Below are positions 63,010 to 64,000 of a stretch of 64,000 bases of DNA, one piece after another (position 1 is the first letter of the stretch; each line of letters begins with the position of its first letter). The position numbers were made by a program, and so were the translations under genes. This DNA comes from Squalus acanthias (Eukaryota): NCBI GenBank assembly GCA_030390025.1, contig JASTWF010000033.1, forward strand, positions 5,954,001-6,018,000, given 5' to 3'. The notes beneath the pieces are model-generated. The model made no database searches. It was given only the letters and a program-made list of their open reading frames with translations, and was not told where the DNA came from.

Positions 63010-64000
63010 CGAACAATGACGGACAGGTAAAGACCCTTTGGTCCATCCAGACTTTCCCAGGCAATTGCGATACTTTGTCGATACTTTGTTCAAGCTGTCC
63101 CAAACAAAACCATGTGATCTCCTGGGTGAGGTGAAAAAAAACAGGTAAAAACACAGGCCAATTTGGGGGATTAAAATACGGGAAATTCATCTCCGACCCA
63201 TCTAGGCGATTGAAACTAGTCCAGCAGCTCAATCTTACACTGAATTCCCGGAAGTGTCTTCCTGTTGTAAGCGGTGATGTCCGCAGCAAACAGGAAGAGG
63301 TCCAGCTCTCGCCTGAAGGAATTCACTGAGTCAGTGTCCACCGCCAGAGAAGGTATCCTGTTCCAGAGGTCGAATATTCTCTGGGAAAAGAACCACCTCC
63401 TGACATCTAACTTAAATCTGGCCTTGCACAACTTAAAATGGTGACCCCTGGCCCTCCGTAAGCTATGTAATTGGAACAAACTGTCAAATGGAACACAATC
63501 GATTCCCTTCAACTTATAAACCGCAATCAGATCACCGCTAAGTCTTTGCTTCTCTAAAGTGTAGATTCTAAACTCTTGGCCTATTTTGATAACTAAGTTG
63601 TTTTATAGTGGGAATTAGTCCAATGTCCCTCCTCTGCAACAGTTTCAAAGCCTCAATATCACCCACCATATGAGGAGACCAAAACTGGACACAGTATTCC
63701 AAGTGAGGCCTTTACCAAGGTCTTGTACTGGGACAGAATAGGTCGTCTTATACCCAACTGTACTATGATTGCAGCCCAATACCCCCTTTGTTCTAGCAAT
63801 CGCTTCACGGCATTGCTCCTGTACCTTTAGAGATGTATCCACTAGAATGCTCATCTTCCGTTCTCCCCCTTATTTAATGCTTCTCCATGAAGGGTGTATG
63901 AATGTTGAGCATTCGCACTGCCCACAGGCACAACATGGCACTTATCCAAGCTAAACATCATTTGCCAGTCATGTGCCCAATCTCCCAACACATTAAGCTG
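63010..64000 (-). mobile_element. CR1 3' portion of a different subfamily, running off the window end
   Basis: RARGHHFKLCKARFKLDVRRWFFSQRIFDLWNRIP...FRRELDLFL, PHLEYCVQFWSP, a longer 3' UTR and terminal CTGGATGGACCAAAGGGTCTT. Confidence 0.85.

Noticed and set aside
62804..63289. 161-aa minus-strand ORF
   Set aside because: It spans a CR1 3' UTR and the antisense of another decayed CR1, with no domain features.

Overview
This is eukaryotic repetitive DNA with no host protein-coding gene visible. It is most likely from a cartilaginous fish, inferred from the HE1/V-SINE-like SINE, the CR1 tails and the Penelope element. Bases 1-52882 are a tandem satellite of a 52-bp monomer (consensus TTAACAATTAACTGTAACTTTATTCCCCGGTGTAGAGGATACCATGTGTAAA, roughly 940 copies). 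The array is built from nested, in-register duplications of about 1.8, 2.1, 2.5, 3.5 and 13-17 kb. It is interrupted by a 5'-truncated CR1 LINE (1546-3474), a 5'-truncated Penelope-like element carrying a minimal hammerhead ribozyme motif (4745-6089, minus strand), and two identical copies of a tRNA-derived V-SINE (12128-12557 and 28997-29426). Bases 52883-64000 are a mosaic of decayed CR1, L2 and CR1-group LINE fragments. The most unusual item is a LINE whose 5' end is seen twice (54369-55112 and 55117-58172). It begins with a tRNA-like Pol III head and SINE-like body, leads directly into a single APE-RT frame with no ORF1, and the better copy has no TTTT on its sense strand. This makes it a candidate Pol III-driven, SINE-headed LINE. 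All family names come from motif recognition, not database searches, and coordinates of decayed fragments are approximate.
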